IMG/VR virus record: IMGVR_UViG_3300035507_000199 | Location: 1 to 64,000 of that record | Reading direction: 5' to 3' (one strand) | DNA length: 64,000 nucleotides | DNA from: a virus | Lineage: Duplodnaviria > Caudoviricetes | In this document: positions 9,574-19,853 of the stretch, one piece after another | Layout: each line of letters begins with the position of its first letter | Numbering within the stretch: the stretch's first letter is position 1 | The notes under the pieces: generated by a model | Told to the model about the DNA's origin: nothing | The model's input: only the letters and a program-made list of their open reading frames with translations | Databases searched by the model: none | Position numbers and translations under genes: made by a program

Positions 9574-12500
9574 TTAAGCCATAACTACACTAACGGTTCC
9601 TTCATATTCAACTCCATTATCAATTAAGTTGATTAAATCATCAGAAATGCCTCCATCAGCGGTATAAATAACAACATTTTCAATTTTAGATCCACTATTC
9701 TGAATAAAAGCTTTAGTTCCATTACCAAGGATAGCAATTTGAGTTGGATCTCCAGGTCCTCCAAACTGAAGTGTTGAGATACCTCTCATATTATCATTGT
9801 AAGCAAAAGCATTGTTACCAATTTCTCTTACTGTGCCTGGAATTCTAAGTTTTTCAGTTTTTGTAGAAGAATTAAATGCCATATTGAAAGCAACTTCACC
9901 AATATAACATAAAATATTTCCAAAATCGAATAATTTTAACTGATCGCATCCTAAGAATGCATAATTAGTAATATATCTAACTGTTCCTGGGAACTGGAAA
10001 TAAACTAATTTTTTACAATTATTAAATGCGTTACTACCTATACATACTACTTGTGGAGTTCCATACCAATAAACATGAGTAATATCCATTGAGTTAAAAT
10101 CTCCAACCGTAATTACTGGTTGTCCTTCATATTCAGTTGGTAAAGTAATTTTACCAGATAATGAATATCCATCAGCTGGTCTTACCATATATCCAACAGC
10201 GCTATAAGAACTATCATATGGATCATCATAGTTTATTTTTGAGAACTTTAAGTATTTTAAATCTGTAGTAGAAGTAAATACTGATTCTTGAGTAAATACT
10301 GCATAAAAATCTGTATCCTGCGTTGAAAGCATATTGGTTACAGATGTTAATTTAGCTGTATCTGCGCTTGCCGCAATTACATTTGCTAAATTCTGAGTAT
10401 AACCTAAGAACTTATATCTTTGATCATCAGGTAATGCGCTTTCATCCATTGTAGCTAATACACTTGGAGTATAAAGAACATCTCCATGAGGAACTTGATA
10501 TTCAGCAATTAATGTTAAATTATCAGCTTTCGTACCAGATAAGAATCTGATATTCCATTTATGGATAGTAAACACTGCATAGAATGTATAATCATATACA
10601 TTGCTGTCTAATGTTAAATCATCCCAAGCCGCTTGCTGTTCTTCCGCAGTAGCATCTGCACTTGAAATTAAACCTGTTGTATCATTAGTTGTTGACCAAC
10701 CATGGAAATCGTAGTTGTCTTTTACTGGATTGTACATCTTATATGGATTTGTAAAGAATCCAGAAGAAACCTTCTGAACACTCTTCTCAGTCACTTTCGT
10801 ATCTGCATGATCTACATAAGTGTAAGTTCCATCATCCTCCTGGATAATGAATTTAGCAGAGTAAGCTTTGATTACATTCTTAAAGAAGAATGTTAAACTT
10901 GGGAATGCTTTTACAAGAGTATCTTTAATAAAGAGCTCTCCTAAAGCGGTATCATTATTAACATAAATAATACCTGTCAAGTTCGGAATCGTACTTCCTT
11001 CTGCGGTTCCAGTATATAATCCATTTTTAATGAATTCTTTTAACATATCAACATCTGCAATTTGATTAATATCTTCTTCTGGGATTGAAGAATCAAGCTT
11101 ATAAAGTTCTCCATTCAGTACTTGAGTCTGGAATGTTGCTGCATTATAAGTATATTTATCAAATCCATAGTGACCATTATCAATATAATAAGCATCAGGA
11201 CTAGAAGTATCATAAGAGTCTCCTTCAACTAACTGCTTATATGGACACCAGTCAACATTGGTCATTGCAATCTTACTAATAGAAGATGTCTGTCTCTGTC
11301 GAATCTCGAAGTATTTTGCAAGCAATTTATAACTATCGTATCCAAGATTTCCACCAAGTAAACTTAAATTATCAATTACTGTACTTCCTTGATCCTCAAA
11401 CATTCCCTGTAGATATAAACCTTTTTCAGCTACTAAATTACCATTATCGTCTCTCTGTGGAACTTGATAATCAGTAATTAAATTAGTTAACAAGTTTGCT
11501 TCAGTTAAGCTTAAAGTAGTAATTGAGCTTGGTAAATATAATGTATGTAAAGCTACACCTTCAGCGAATTTAATTTCTGTGAAGTTTGATCCAGTAGCAC
11601 GGAAGTTCTGCATTTTCTCACAACTTGTAAAATCAAGGACTGGAGACTGACCATTTACTGAAATATTACTAAAGTTAGCTTCTTTCAACAGTGGCATTCC
11701 AGAAGAGGATTTACTAGAAGGAATACTGAACTGGTTAACATTATTATTTTTCCATTTATTTCCGCTTTCATCTACTCCATCATATCCTAGTAAAAGTCTA
11801 GTTAATTTAGAAGCATTTCCGGAAATTTCAAACTCTTGCCAATATAGGTTACTCATGTCACCTAAATCAGCCATCTGATTTAATCCGTAAATATATAACA
11901 ACTGCTCTGGGTAGTTAGCGCTCTTACGAACACCTTGCTCAATAGCATCAATGTTAAATTTGACTGAATTGACACCATCATACTTCTGAGAAGGATAAGC
12001 TTCGTTATCGTCACTCACTGTTACATAAGAAGAACGAATTGGTGTTAAATTCAACCAATACTCAGCATCGAACAAATGAGTTTTTGTTCCATCTGGCTGA
12101 TAGTATGGATTATCATCTGTTTCAACCCAAATATCAGAAGTCTTACTCGGATTGTTTGCGGCCACACGTCCGCGGACACGGTTCGCGCCACCACGTTGAT
12201 AGTTACCTTGATTCAACCAAGAATCAATATATTCCAAACGATTTGTTAAGAACTGCTGTCTACTTAAGGAACGATCTCCTTGTAATGCATAGAAGTAAGT
12301 TCCATTTGCATCGTATGTATAATCTCCAGTTGTGTTACTTGCGATATGACCTGTAACTCCATTCTGGTAACTAGAACTATTACAAATTGTAATATATTTA
12401 TAATACTCATCCAAGTTAGTAGCAATTAAAGGTCTTTCTCCTAATTTAGCAAAACTTTGAATCTTCTTAGCATTGTTATTAGTTGTCATAACCTCTTCAC

Positions 12501-15500
12501 TACAATAAGGATTAGTTGTATACCAATTCTCAATTCTATCTACACTATAGAATGGTGCGTGCTCAAGTTTTGTCCAAGAAACTCCATCTGTAACACCTTT
12601 AAGATGTTTATATTTCATAACGATATAAGAATCTTTGAAATATTTATAGAAGTTATTCCAAAGGACACTATCTGATGTAGAGAAGTTTCCATCTTCTGTT
12701 GCATCCACGTTATACTCGAATGAAGGAATACCAGTATTGTTAATACCTAACTGAGTATCAAGATCATAGAAGATTGGATACCAGATGTAATCTCCACCGG
12801 CTTTTTGTGGACCCCAAGAAGCCATCATACAGTTCTTTCCACGAGAGTCATAACATTCCATAACCTCAGTAGCTACGAAATAAGTTGCTACATATTCAAT
12901 ATCAAAGTGAGAAGATAATTCATAAACGAATTTATCTGCACGATATTCTTTTGTATCAAACTTATAAACATGTTTACCATAAGTAACATCTTTTCCGATA
13001 TAATACTTACCAGGTTCATAAGTATCTTCTGTTACTTCAACTACCTTAGTAGCTAAGTCAGAACCAGTTACAGAACCATCATAAATATAATATGTCTGGC
13101 TTGGATCAAATGTTTCATCATTGCAAACTTCAACAAGTCTATCTGCGATTTTAGCTAATTCTTCATCACTGAAATCAATTAACTTGTAATATGTTTCAGA
13201 TTCATCAAATTCACTAGTTTCACCAGATAATACGTATTCATCATTAACGATTGTATAGAATGTACTTACCTTGAATAAATTCTCTGATGAACAAGCATGC
13301 GCGTTCACATAAGATCCATCATCAGATTGTGAATAATATGTTAAAGAATCATCGCATTCTTTTGCAGTTGAAATAACATAATCGTTTTCTGTTTCATCAT
13401 AGATATAGAATTTATTAGGTTGATAGAGCTGTGTTCCTACGTTAGTTTCAACGTAATTACCTTGACTCTTTACATTTTCAGTACAGGTTGACCATACCCA
13501 TTTAACAGCTTTTTCCCAGTTGCTGTATAAGTCTAATAGTAATTCTTGTCCATCTGTTGGATTCTGTTTAATGTAGTAGTCTGGGAAACTCTCATTAACT
13601 GTTTTTTCATCTTCATCAGATGCAGAACTTAAAGCAACAAGAATATCAAGAATGTCATCATTTGCATTATAACGATATTCAAAACTATCGGCAACTACTG
13701 GCGCATTAGCTGAAGTGAAACCACTACTTCCTGCGGTATCTGGAGCTTTGAAGGATAATTCTCTTCTTCCCCAAGGATCTCTGAATGAACAGAATCCACG
13801 AGCGTTATTTTCAAATTCCCAACATTCAGCTTTCTTACTAATTGCTTTATTCTTTAAGAATTTCTGTGTAAGAGTTTTATCTGGTTTAAATCCATAAACT
13901 TCATCAGATCCTTTATCCAGAAGCATGTTATACATACCAATGTACTGATAGGTTCCATCTGATTTCTTATGGAAAGCTAAAACTCTATAACCTGTAATAC
14001 AAGTTCTATAATCATCAAGATCTGTAAATGTATAATCCTCATATTTTGGATTAGATACATAATAATTAGTAACATTACTTGCATCTACTGTATCTTTTGT
14101 CTTAGAATACTTATTAGAAGATGCATCATACTGATAATATGTTTCGTCCTCTTTAAAGCTTGTAGCTTTATCATAATTTTCAACTTGCTTCTGGAATGCT
14201 CCTGCATCGTTGTAATCTTTTAGAGGATGCTTAGAATAACCATTATGGATTAAGCTTGTAAAGCCCATATTGTAAGTTCCAGAAGACTCCATGTAGTCAA
14301 TCTTCATAGTGAACTTAGTTGTACCATTTGTATAGTTATCCATGTAGAAGAATTTCTGACGAGTATTCTCTGAATCTTCTGCATAATCTGCCGCGAATGG
14401 ACCTTTATGTAAGAAGATATGAATTCTATCTACACCATCTTTATCTGTATTCTTAGTCTTTAATTTATAGTTACGTCTTGGATAGAACTCTGAAGATGTT
14501 CCTTGAACAGCCATGCTGATATTATCGCCAATGAAGCTTGGGCAATGATGCTGATAATATTTTTTAACAGCTGCTTCTTTTTCTTCTGCGCTAGAATTAG
14601 CGGTACATAAACCATCTTCAATAGCATATTTCTCTAATTCACCATTAGCATATGCTCTATCAAGACCAGTATTAATGAATTCCACGCCAATATTAATCTT
14701 AGTTTTCTTAGAATAAGAAAGCTTATCATTATTTCCAGTTGCGCTTGTATCAAAAATGATATAAGGCATTAAAGGAGCACTTGGATGTTCATCATTATAC
14801 TTAATCATGTTATCATATTTAAACTGATACTCATGAATTGCAGTATTTTCTTCTGCAAGTTTATTTTGATCGTAAATAGTTACATTTTTTAAATCTACTG
14901 AGTAGTTAGTAACAATATCATTTACATTTAAGTCTGTATTATAAACTCTAATTTTGTATAAGTCAATATCGCAATAATTAGAATTAAATACAATTTTATT
15001 TGAGTTAATTGTGAATAGACCGATTGTTGATTTAATAACACCAGTTAGAACACCATTAATATAAATATACATCATCTGGTCGCTACCATGAGAGTATACC
15101 ATAGAAATATTGATTAACTGATCCTCAACATAACTTACGTTTACAGTATTTGTTCCATTAGAGAAGAATGCATCTTGCGGTCCAAGACAGATTCCTACAG
15201 CTCCACTTTCGTCACCTGAGTAATAACTACAAGCAACTCGATTTAAGCTAATCTCTTTCTGAACTCTACTAAACTCAAGATCATCATAATCTACCTGTTG
15301 ATCTTCACTTACAGTTGCATTGTAAAGAGGAAGGTAATAATGAAGGAATGAATCGTAGTTAGTGTAGTAAGACTGCGCCTTAAATGCTGTATAGAATTTA
15401 TCATCACCATTGTAACGTGTTACATTATGAATCAAGCTTGAGTAATCCTGTACATTACGAACTCTGAATTGAATTTCAATAGAGTTAGACTGTTTAGAAA

Positions 15501-17091
15501 TATCAGTTGAACCATAAGTTAATGTTCCAATAGGAATAGAAAATTCTGCTCCATTGCTAATACGTAAACAAGTATTATTATCATCATCAAGAACCCAACC
15601 ATTGTTATACCAGTTGAAATCTTTAAATGTAGCTTTAATAGAGCCATCATCAGTAGTCCATGTCTCACGATTAACTGCGGATTCACTATTTGAACGACCT
15701 TTTGCGTCAAAGTTCAATTTCAAGGACTCTTGTTTAACAACTTCCATTGTTCTGTTCGGGTCTTGAACTACAGTAAAGGTAATATCTCTTGTTGTGTCGC
15801 CGCAAGAAATAGAATATCTATTTACCATATCCAAATCTGCATCTGCGATTTCGAAGATATTCCAAGAGCTCATTGTAGTAGTATCAATATCACGAGGAGA
15901 ACTTGCGATTTCTTTACCATTCTTTCTTAATACGATGTGCGCAGAAGCTGTGCTTGAAGGATCGTATACTAAGAATGGAATTTGAATTGTATCATAATTA
16001 TAATACTCTTCATTATAAGTTCCCAACCAAATTACCGGATCTGTATTGCCTGTTGCGAATACACCTATTTCAAATTCTATTGGATCTACCATCAATCCTC
16101 TAGACCATGTATTACTTACTACAATGGCTTGATATAATTCAATACGAACTGAATGATAACCATGGGTTGCATAACTAGAACTTACAGTATAACTCTGGAA
16201 GTTTTCAGATGAAGAAGTTAATTTTTTAGATTCAACTAAAGTTCCATCAAAATAGAAATCAAGAATTTTATTCATGCTTCCGATTGCATTACACTGTAAC
16301 TTAACATTATCTGGTGTATAACGTGCGGTTGCTGAGAAGTTCTGAGACTGGGTTAATGATAATTGTCCAGTAACAACATCAACGCTCTTAGAAGCACTCT
16401 CACCACTATTAATACCAGTAGCATACATAGTTAAACGAGATGATGTTGATTCTCTTAATTTTTCACCCAATTCAAATTCTGTTAATTCACCAGAGTTAAC
16501 ATCCATTTGGCCTTCACTATATTTAATATAAGTTGAATCAACTTTTTCATATAGAGTCCAATGAACTATTAATTTATCATCCATAACAGAGCCATCATAA
16601 TCAACTCCAGAATTTGCAGTAAAGTATACTCCGAAAGACTGACCATTAATTAGATTACTTGTTGATAATGGCTGAATGGTAATACCAATTTTTTTAGATA
16701 AACTAGATGTACCACCGCTACCTGATCCACCACTTCCGCTTACCGCAAGAACTGCACAAAGCATAGACCGTGAATCAGAATCCGCTTCCATAACTCGATA
16801 AAAAATTCCATCTTTATTTAAGATAAGATCTCCTTCTTTTGGAGTTACATCATCCTCAAGATCATCAAAACTCAAAGTATAAAAACCTTGTTCATCTGGA
16901 CTAATAGTATCAGCTTTACCATATAATAAAGCAACTCCACTACCACCCATAGAAATACGAGTATTTTGATCTAAGTCTAAATAAATTTTTCCGGTATCAG
17001 TTGCAAAATAAACATATCCTGGCGTTTTAGCAGCGCTTAAGATTTGCTCTTCTGTACCGTTGACCGGTCTAAATTTAGTCTTATCTGTCAT
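9574..17091 (-). CDS. Giant multidomain tail-module protein: fibre-type N-terminus, LamG-like domain, CotH-like kinase core, LRRs, Listeria-Bacteroides (Flg_new)-like repeats, C-terminal BspA-type LRR
   Basis: Start moved to ATG 17091 (AAAGGAG RBS). Motifs: QGTSSEFYPRRNYKLK, YIGMYNM, DSRGKN, WYPIFYDLD; MYIYINGV and IDLYKIRVYNTDL; PVKDNYDFHGWS...FYAVF; IGSNAFNNCKKL, ITNYAFLGC, IGNNAF. Confidence 0.8.
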   Translation of the reverse strand: MTDKTKFRPVNGTEEQILSAAKTPGYVYFATDTGKIYLDLDQNTRISMGGSGVALLYGKADTISPDEQGFYTLSFDDLEDDVTPKEGDLILNKDGIFYRVMEADSDSRSMLCAVLAVSGSGGSGSGGTSSLSKKIGITIQPLSTSNLINGQSFGVYFTANSGVDYDGSVMDDKLIVHWTLYEKVDSTYIKYSEGQMDVNSGELTEFELGEKLRESTSSRLTMYATGINSGESASKSVDVVTGQLSLTQSQNFSATARYTPDNVKLQCNAIGSMNKILDFYFDGTLVESKKLTSSSENFQSYTVSSSYATHGYHSVRIELYQAIVVSNTWSRGLMVDPIEFEIGVFATGNTDPVIWLGTYNEEYYNYDTIQIPFLVYDPSSTASAHIVLRKNGKEIASSPRDIDTTTMSSWNIFEIADADLDMVNRYSISCGDTTRDITFTVVQDPNRTMEVVKQESLKLNFDAKGRSNSESAVNRETWTTDDGSIKATFKDFNWYNNGWVLDDDNNTCLRISNGAEFSIPIGTLTYGSTDISKQSNSIEIQFRVRNVQDYSSLIHNVTRYNGDDKFYTAFKAQSYYTNYDSFLHYYLPLYNATVSEDQQVDYDDLEFSRVQKEISLNRVACSYYSGDESGAVGICLGPQDAFFSNGTNTVNVSYVEDQLINISMVYSHGSDQMMYIYINGVLTGVIKSTIGLFTINSNKIVFNSNYCDIDLYKIRVYNTDLNVNDIVTNYSVDLKNVTIYDQNKLAEENTAIHEYQFKYDNMIKYNDEHPSAPLMPYIIFDTSATGNNDKLSYSKKTKINIGVEFINTGLDRAYANGELEKYAIEDGLCTANSSAEEKEAAVKKYYQHHCPSFIGDNISMAVQGTSSEFYPRRNYKLKTKNTDKDGVDRIHIFLHKGPFAADYAEDSENTRQKFFYMDNYTNGTTKFTMKIDYMESSGTYNMGFTSLIHNGYSKHPLKDYNDAGAFQKQVENYDKATSFKEDETYYQYDASSNKYSKTKDTVDASNVTNYYVSNPKYEDYTFTDLDDYRTCITGYRVLAFHKKSDGTYQYIGMYNMLLDKGSDEVYGFKPDKTLTQKFLKNKAISKKAECWEFENNARGFCSFRDPWGRRELSFKAPDTAGSSGFTSANAPVVADSFEYRYNANDDILDILVALSSASDEDEKTVNESFPDYYIKQNPTDGQELLLDLYSNWEKAVKWVWSTCTENVKSQGNYVETNVGTQLYQPNKFYIYDETENDYVISTAKECDDSLTYYSQSDDGSYVNAHACSSENLFKVSTFYTIVNDEYVLSGETSEFDESETYYKLIDFSDEELAKIADRLVEVCNDETFDPSQTYYIYDGSVTGSDLATKVVEVTEDTYEPGKYYIGKDVTYGKHVYKFDTKEYRADKFVYELSSHFDIEYVATYFVATEVMECYDSRGKNCMMASWGPQKAGGDYIWYPIFYDLDTQLGINNTGIPSFEYNVDATEDGNFSTSDSVLWNNFYKYFKDSYIVMKYKHLKGVTDGVSWTKLEHAPFYSVDRIENWYTTNPYCSEEVMTTNNNAKKIQSFAKLGERPLIATNLDEYYKYITICNSSSYQNGVTGHIASNTTGDYTYDANGTYFYALQGDRSLSRQQFLTNRLEYIDSWLNQGNYQRGGANRVRGRVAANNPSKTSDIWVETDDNPYYQPDGTKTHLFDAEYWLNLTPIRSSYVTVSDDNEAYPSQKYDGVNSVKFNIDAIEQGVRKSANYPEQLLYIYGLNQMADLGDMSNLYWQEFEISGNASKLTRLLLGYDGVDESGNKWKNNNVNQFSIPSSKSSSGMPLLKEANFSNISVNGQSPVLDFTSCEKMQNFRATGSNFTEIKFAEGVALHTLYLPSSITTLSLTEANLLTNLITDYQVPQRDDNGNLVAEKGLYLQGMFEDQGSTVIDNLSLLGGNLGYDSYKLLAKYFEIRQRQTSSISKIAMTNVDWCPYKQLVEGDSYDTSSPDAYYIDNGHYGFDKYTYNAATFQTQVLNGELYKLDSSIPEEDINQIADVDMLKEFIKNGLYTGTAEGSTIPNLTGIIYVNNDTALGELFIKDTLVKAFPSLTFFFKNVIKAYSAKFIIQEDDGTYTYVDHADTKVTEKSVQKVSSGFFTNPYKMYNPVKDNYDFHGWSTTNDTTGLISSADATAEEQQAAWDDLTLDSNVYDYTFYAVFTIHKWNIRFLSGTKADNLTLIAEYQVPHGDVLYTPSVLATMDESALPDDQRYKFLGYTQNLANVIAASADTAKLTSVTNMLSTQDTDFYAVFTQESVFTSTTDLKYLKFSKINYDDPYDSSYSAVGYMVRPADGYSLSGKITLPTEYEGQPVITVGDFNSMDITHVYWYGTPQVVCIGSNAFNNCKKLVYFQFPGTVRYITNYAFLGCDQLKLFDFGNILCYIGEVAFNMAFNSSTKTEKLRIPGTVREIGNNAFAYNDNMRGISTLQFGGPGDPTQIAILGNGTKAFIQNSGSKIENVVIYTADGGISDDLINLIDNGVEYEGTVSVVMA

Positions 17092-17131
17092 ACGGATTTT
17101 ATTCTCCTTTCTATCATTATATATCATATAT

Positions 17132-17168
17132 AAAAAGAAAAAGCCGAAGAGAGATAATCTCTTCGGCT
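17132..17168 (-). terminator. Intrinsic terminator / possible attenuator
   Basis: 11-bp stem AGCCGAAGAGA/TCTCTTCGGCT plus TTTTCTTTTT. Confidence 0.85.
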
Positions 17169-17177
17169 CCTCATCTC

Positions 17178-17224
17178 TCTAATTGATCTAAAAATTAAAA
17201 ATTATAGATTATTAGAAACTGCCC
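17178..17224 (-). promoter_or_regulatory. Conserved junction element, copy D
   Basis: GGGCA-N8-TAAT-N14-TTTTA-N7-TAGA. Confidence 0.6.
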
Positions 17225-18879
17225 CAAACCATATCAATTTGTAGACCTGATCTTGCTGTAGAGCTTGATGAACTTTCACCAATAGTATCATTATCAGTAA
17301 TAGCTAAACTACTACTAACAATATTTACATAAGCTGTTCCAGTAGTTGTTGCGCCAAGGCTATCATTTAATTTAATTTCAGTCTTAACATTACCAACATT
17401 TGTTCCACTTTTTGTGAAAGCTGTAGTTGTAACTGCTGGAGTACCCATAGATGCATTAGTATCTTTTAATGTGTAGTTTGTTGTTTGAACTGCGGTTACG
17501 TGTCCAGTTTCATCAGATGTTACTCCTGTAACGACCGGAATAGTGATTGAACCTTTCGCAGTTTGTGTTTTTGCATCACCAGTAGTATCAGTACGAGTTG
17601 TATTCGCGTGAGTTACTGTGATAGTCTGAGAAAGTGGATCAGTTGTACTATTATTACCGCTTACTGTCATCTTAGTGCCAGAAACTACTTTAACAGTACC
17701 AACACTTCCACCAGTACTAGCTTTTAAGGTAAATCCTGCACCATTAGTTACAGATTCATTAACTAAACGATAAGTTGTATCTGTATCATTTGTGGCTTCA
17801 ACAACATCATAAGTTAATTTGGAAGCATCAATATAGCCACTACTATTTTCTGTTCCATCTGTACTACGTGCAATTAATAAAGCACCTTTAGTTAATTTTG
17901 CAGAACCATATACTAGATCGCTACAAACTAAGAAAGTGTCTCCAATAGATACGCTAGAGGTTGGTACTGATGTACCTGCAGTACCATCAACACCTATAGT
18001 ACCTTTATATGTCATTGCATTAAGGGCTTTCATTGTATCATCAATTTCACCCTTAGTATAGATATCTAAAGTAGCTGTACCACTTTCAAATTCAACTGTA
18101 ACTGGTGTTTTACCGTATTTAATAATTGGAGAAAATGTTCCTTCAACTTTTGCTCCAGTAGAATCTTTTACAGATACTTTAAAACCTTTAGTTTCGTTAG
18201 AAACTGTTACAGATGAGTTCGTAGTATCTTTTGCGGCAATAGTTACAGTTTTATTTGTAGAATCATTTGTTAAAGTAACATTAGAACCTTGTTTTAAAGT
18301 TACTTTAGTATCATTATCAGTATTAGCTGAATCAAGTTTAATGTCAACTTCACCAGTATTTGTACCTGCGGCATTTGATAAAGTATATTTATCTCCTGTG
18401 ATAGTTAACGCAGATCCGGTCCCAGTGATTTTAATTCCATCTTTTCCTGTTACTGTGAAACTAGCTGGTTTACTAGCTCCATCGCTGCTCTTAATAGTAT
18501 GTGTAACGGTACCAACATCATTTGAAGCACTTACAGTAGCTGTGTGTTCAGATACTGTAGTATTTGTATTTGAGTTAATTTGAACCCATTCAGATCCGTT
18601 ATATACACATAAAATATTAGAATCAGAAACATAATAGAATCTACCAGTATTTGCAACTTTATCTGTTGCAGTTGTAAGACTTGGTAAATTACTAATACTA
18701 GCAACAGTTACGACACCTTCATTAACAGGAACTAGGGAAGTATCAGCTTTACCAATATATAGACGATTAGTATCTGAGGTTAAATAAAAACTACCTTCTA
18801 CGGCACCCGCACTGGTACCAGCAGCAATAAGTTCATCAACCTTAGATTGTAGACCAAGTTTAAAACCTACATTAGCCAT
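17212..18879 (-). CDS. Thr/Ser/Gly-rich tail fibre segment
   Basis: 555 aa; N-terminal GFKLG...GSFYLTSDTNRLYIG; AMTYKGT and VTSDETGHVTA fibre motifs; ends MVWGSF. Confidence 0.78.
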   Translation of the reverse strand: MANVGFKLGLQSKVDELIAAGTSAGAVEGSFYLTSDTNRLYIGKADTSLVPVNEGVVTVASISNLPSLTTATDKVANTGRFYYVSDSNILCVYNGSEWVQINSNTNTTVSEHTATVSASNDVGTVTHTIKSSDGASKPASFTVTGKDGIKITGTGSALTITGDKYTLSNAAGTNTGEVDIKLDSANTDNDTKVTLKQGSNVTLTNDSTNKTVTIAAKDTTNSSVTVSNETKGFKVSVKDSTGAKVEGTFSPIIKYGKTPVTVEFESGTATLDIYTKGEIDDTMKALNAMTYKGTIGVDGTAGTSVPTSSVSIGDTFLVCSDLVYGSAKLTKGALLIARSTDGTENSSGYIDASKLTYDVVEATNDTDTTYRLVNESVTNGAGFTLKASTGGSVGTVKVVSGTKMTVSGNNSTTDPLSQTITVTHANTTRTDTTGDAKTQTAKGSITIPVVTGVTSDETGHVTAVQTTNYTLKDTNASMGTPAVTTTAFTKSGTNVGNVKTEIKLNDSLGATTTGTAYVNIVSSSLAITDNDTIGESSSSSTARSGLQIDMVWGSF

Positions 18880-18901
18880 ATATTTTTACTCCTCTCATTT
18901 T

Positions 18902-19756
18902 TTATTCTTCTTCAACTAAGTCTTGCCATTTTAATCTTTCATCAATAGCATCAACTCGTTTATCTAAGTCATCAAATTCTTCACTTAGATTTCCAATAGT
19001 GGTTTGTAAAACACTAAAGTTGGCAACCAGACCTGGATTGTCATCTGTGCCATCTCCATATAATTCCACTTTTAAATTGGATGTAATAGCGACTAAACCT
19101 TCAGTCTCATCATTTCCATTAACAATTAAATCTAAACTCTCAACTTTTTTAAGAATATTAGATAAATCACTAACTTCTTCATGCTCTGAAATCCAATCCG
19201 AAATTTCTTTTAAAGTATCAAAATCCTCTGGCGCATTCGCCACGATTTTTGCAACTTCAGAAGCAGCTATTTCTCGAATTGTTTTGCCAGTATCACTGCC
19301 AATTAATCCATTTATAGTTGCGGTCAATGTTGATGTAGGATCAGCCCATTCTCCATTTCCTTGTAAGAATAATGTTTCTTGACCGGCTTTAGGAGTGGGA
19401 ACTAATCCAGATTGGCCATCTGTTGTAGAAGTGGCTCCTCGCATTACTGAAACTACATCATAAAGAATAGAAGTTAATGGTTTATTTTCCCATTTTCCAG
19501 TTGTATCATTATAAACAATAACTGAATTTCCAGGAATTGTTGTAGCAAGTGCCACATCTGATAAATCTTTTAAAGAAGAAGAACCAGAAATGGATCCACT
19601 AATTAACTTTTCTCCAAGGTATAGTTTTCCAGTAGTAGCATCTGTCTCAGAAATAAAATAAAGAGTATCTTTATCTTTCTCAGTCAGGCTATTCCAAGCT
19701 TCAGGAGTTCCACGTAAAAATTTTACATATCCAGTATATTTAGGTACATATGCCAA
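18902..19756 (-). CDS. Short tail fibre / adaptor protein
   Basis: TTG start with AGGAGG RBS; KFLRG...TLYF...GKLYLG N-terminus; GATSTTDGQSGLVP and APEDFDTLKEI fibre motifs; C-terminal coiled coil. Confidence 0.78.
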   Translation of the reverse strand: MAYVPKYTGYVKFLRGTPEAWNSLTEKDKDTLYFISETDATTGKLYLGEKLISGSISGSSSLKDLSDVALATTIPGNSVIVYNDTTGKWENKPLTSILYDVVSVMRGATSTTDGQSGLVPTPKAGQETLFLQGNGEWADPTSTLTATINGLIGSDTGKTIREIAASEVAKIVANAPEDFDTLKEISDWISEHEEVSDLSNILKKVESLDLIVNGNDETEGLVAITSNLKVELYGDGTDDNPGLVANFSVLQTTIGNLSEEFDDLDKRVDAIDERLKWQDLVEEE

Positions 19757-19782
19757 AATATTTTCCTCCTTTACTGCTCTCT

Positions 19783-19829
19783 CCTAATAATTATTAAAAC
19801 TAAAGCTTATAAATTAAATAAGCCTGACC
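19783..19829 (-). promoter_or_regulatory. Conserved junction element, copy C
   Basis: GGTCA-N8-TAAT-N14-TTTAA-N7-TAGG; the GGTCA is part of the 3' arm of the hairpin. Confidence 0.6.
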
Positions 19830-19846
19830 AATGATGGTCAGGCTTA
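19811..19846 (-). terminator. Probable intrinsic terminator
   Basis: 12-bp stem TAAGCCTGACCA/TGGTCAGGCTTA followed by TTTAATTT. Confidence 0.72.
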
Positions 19847-19853
19847 ATAATTT

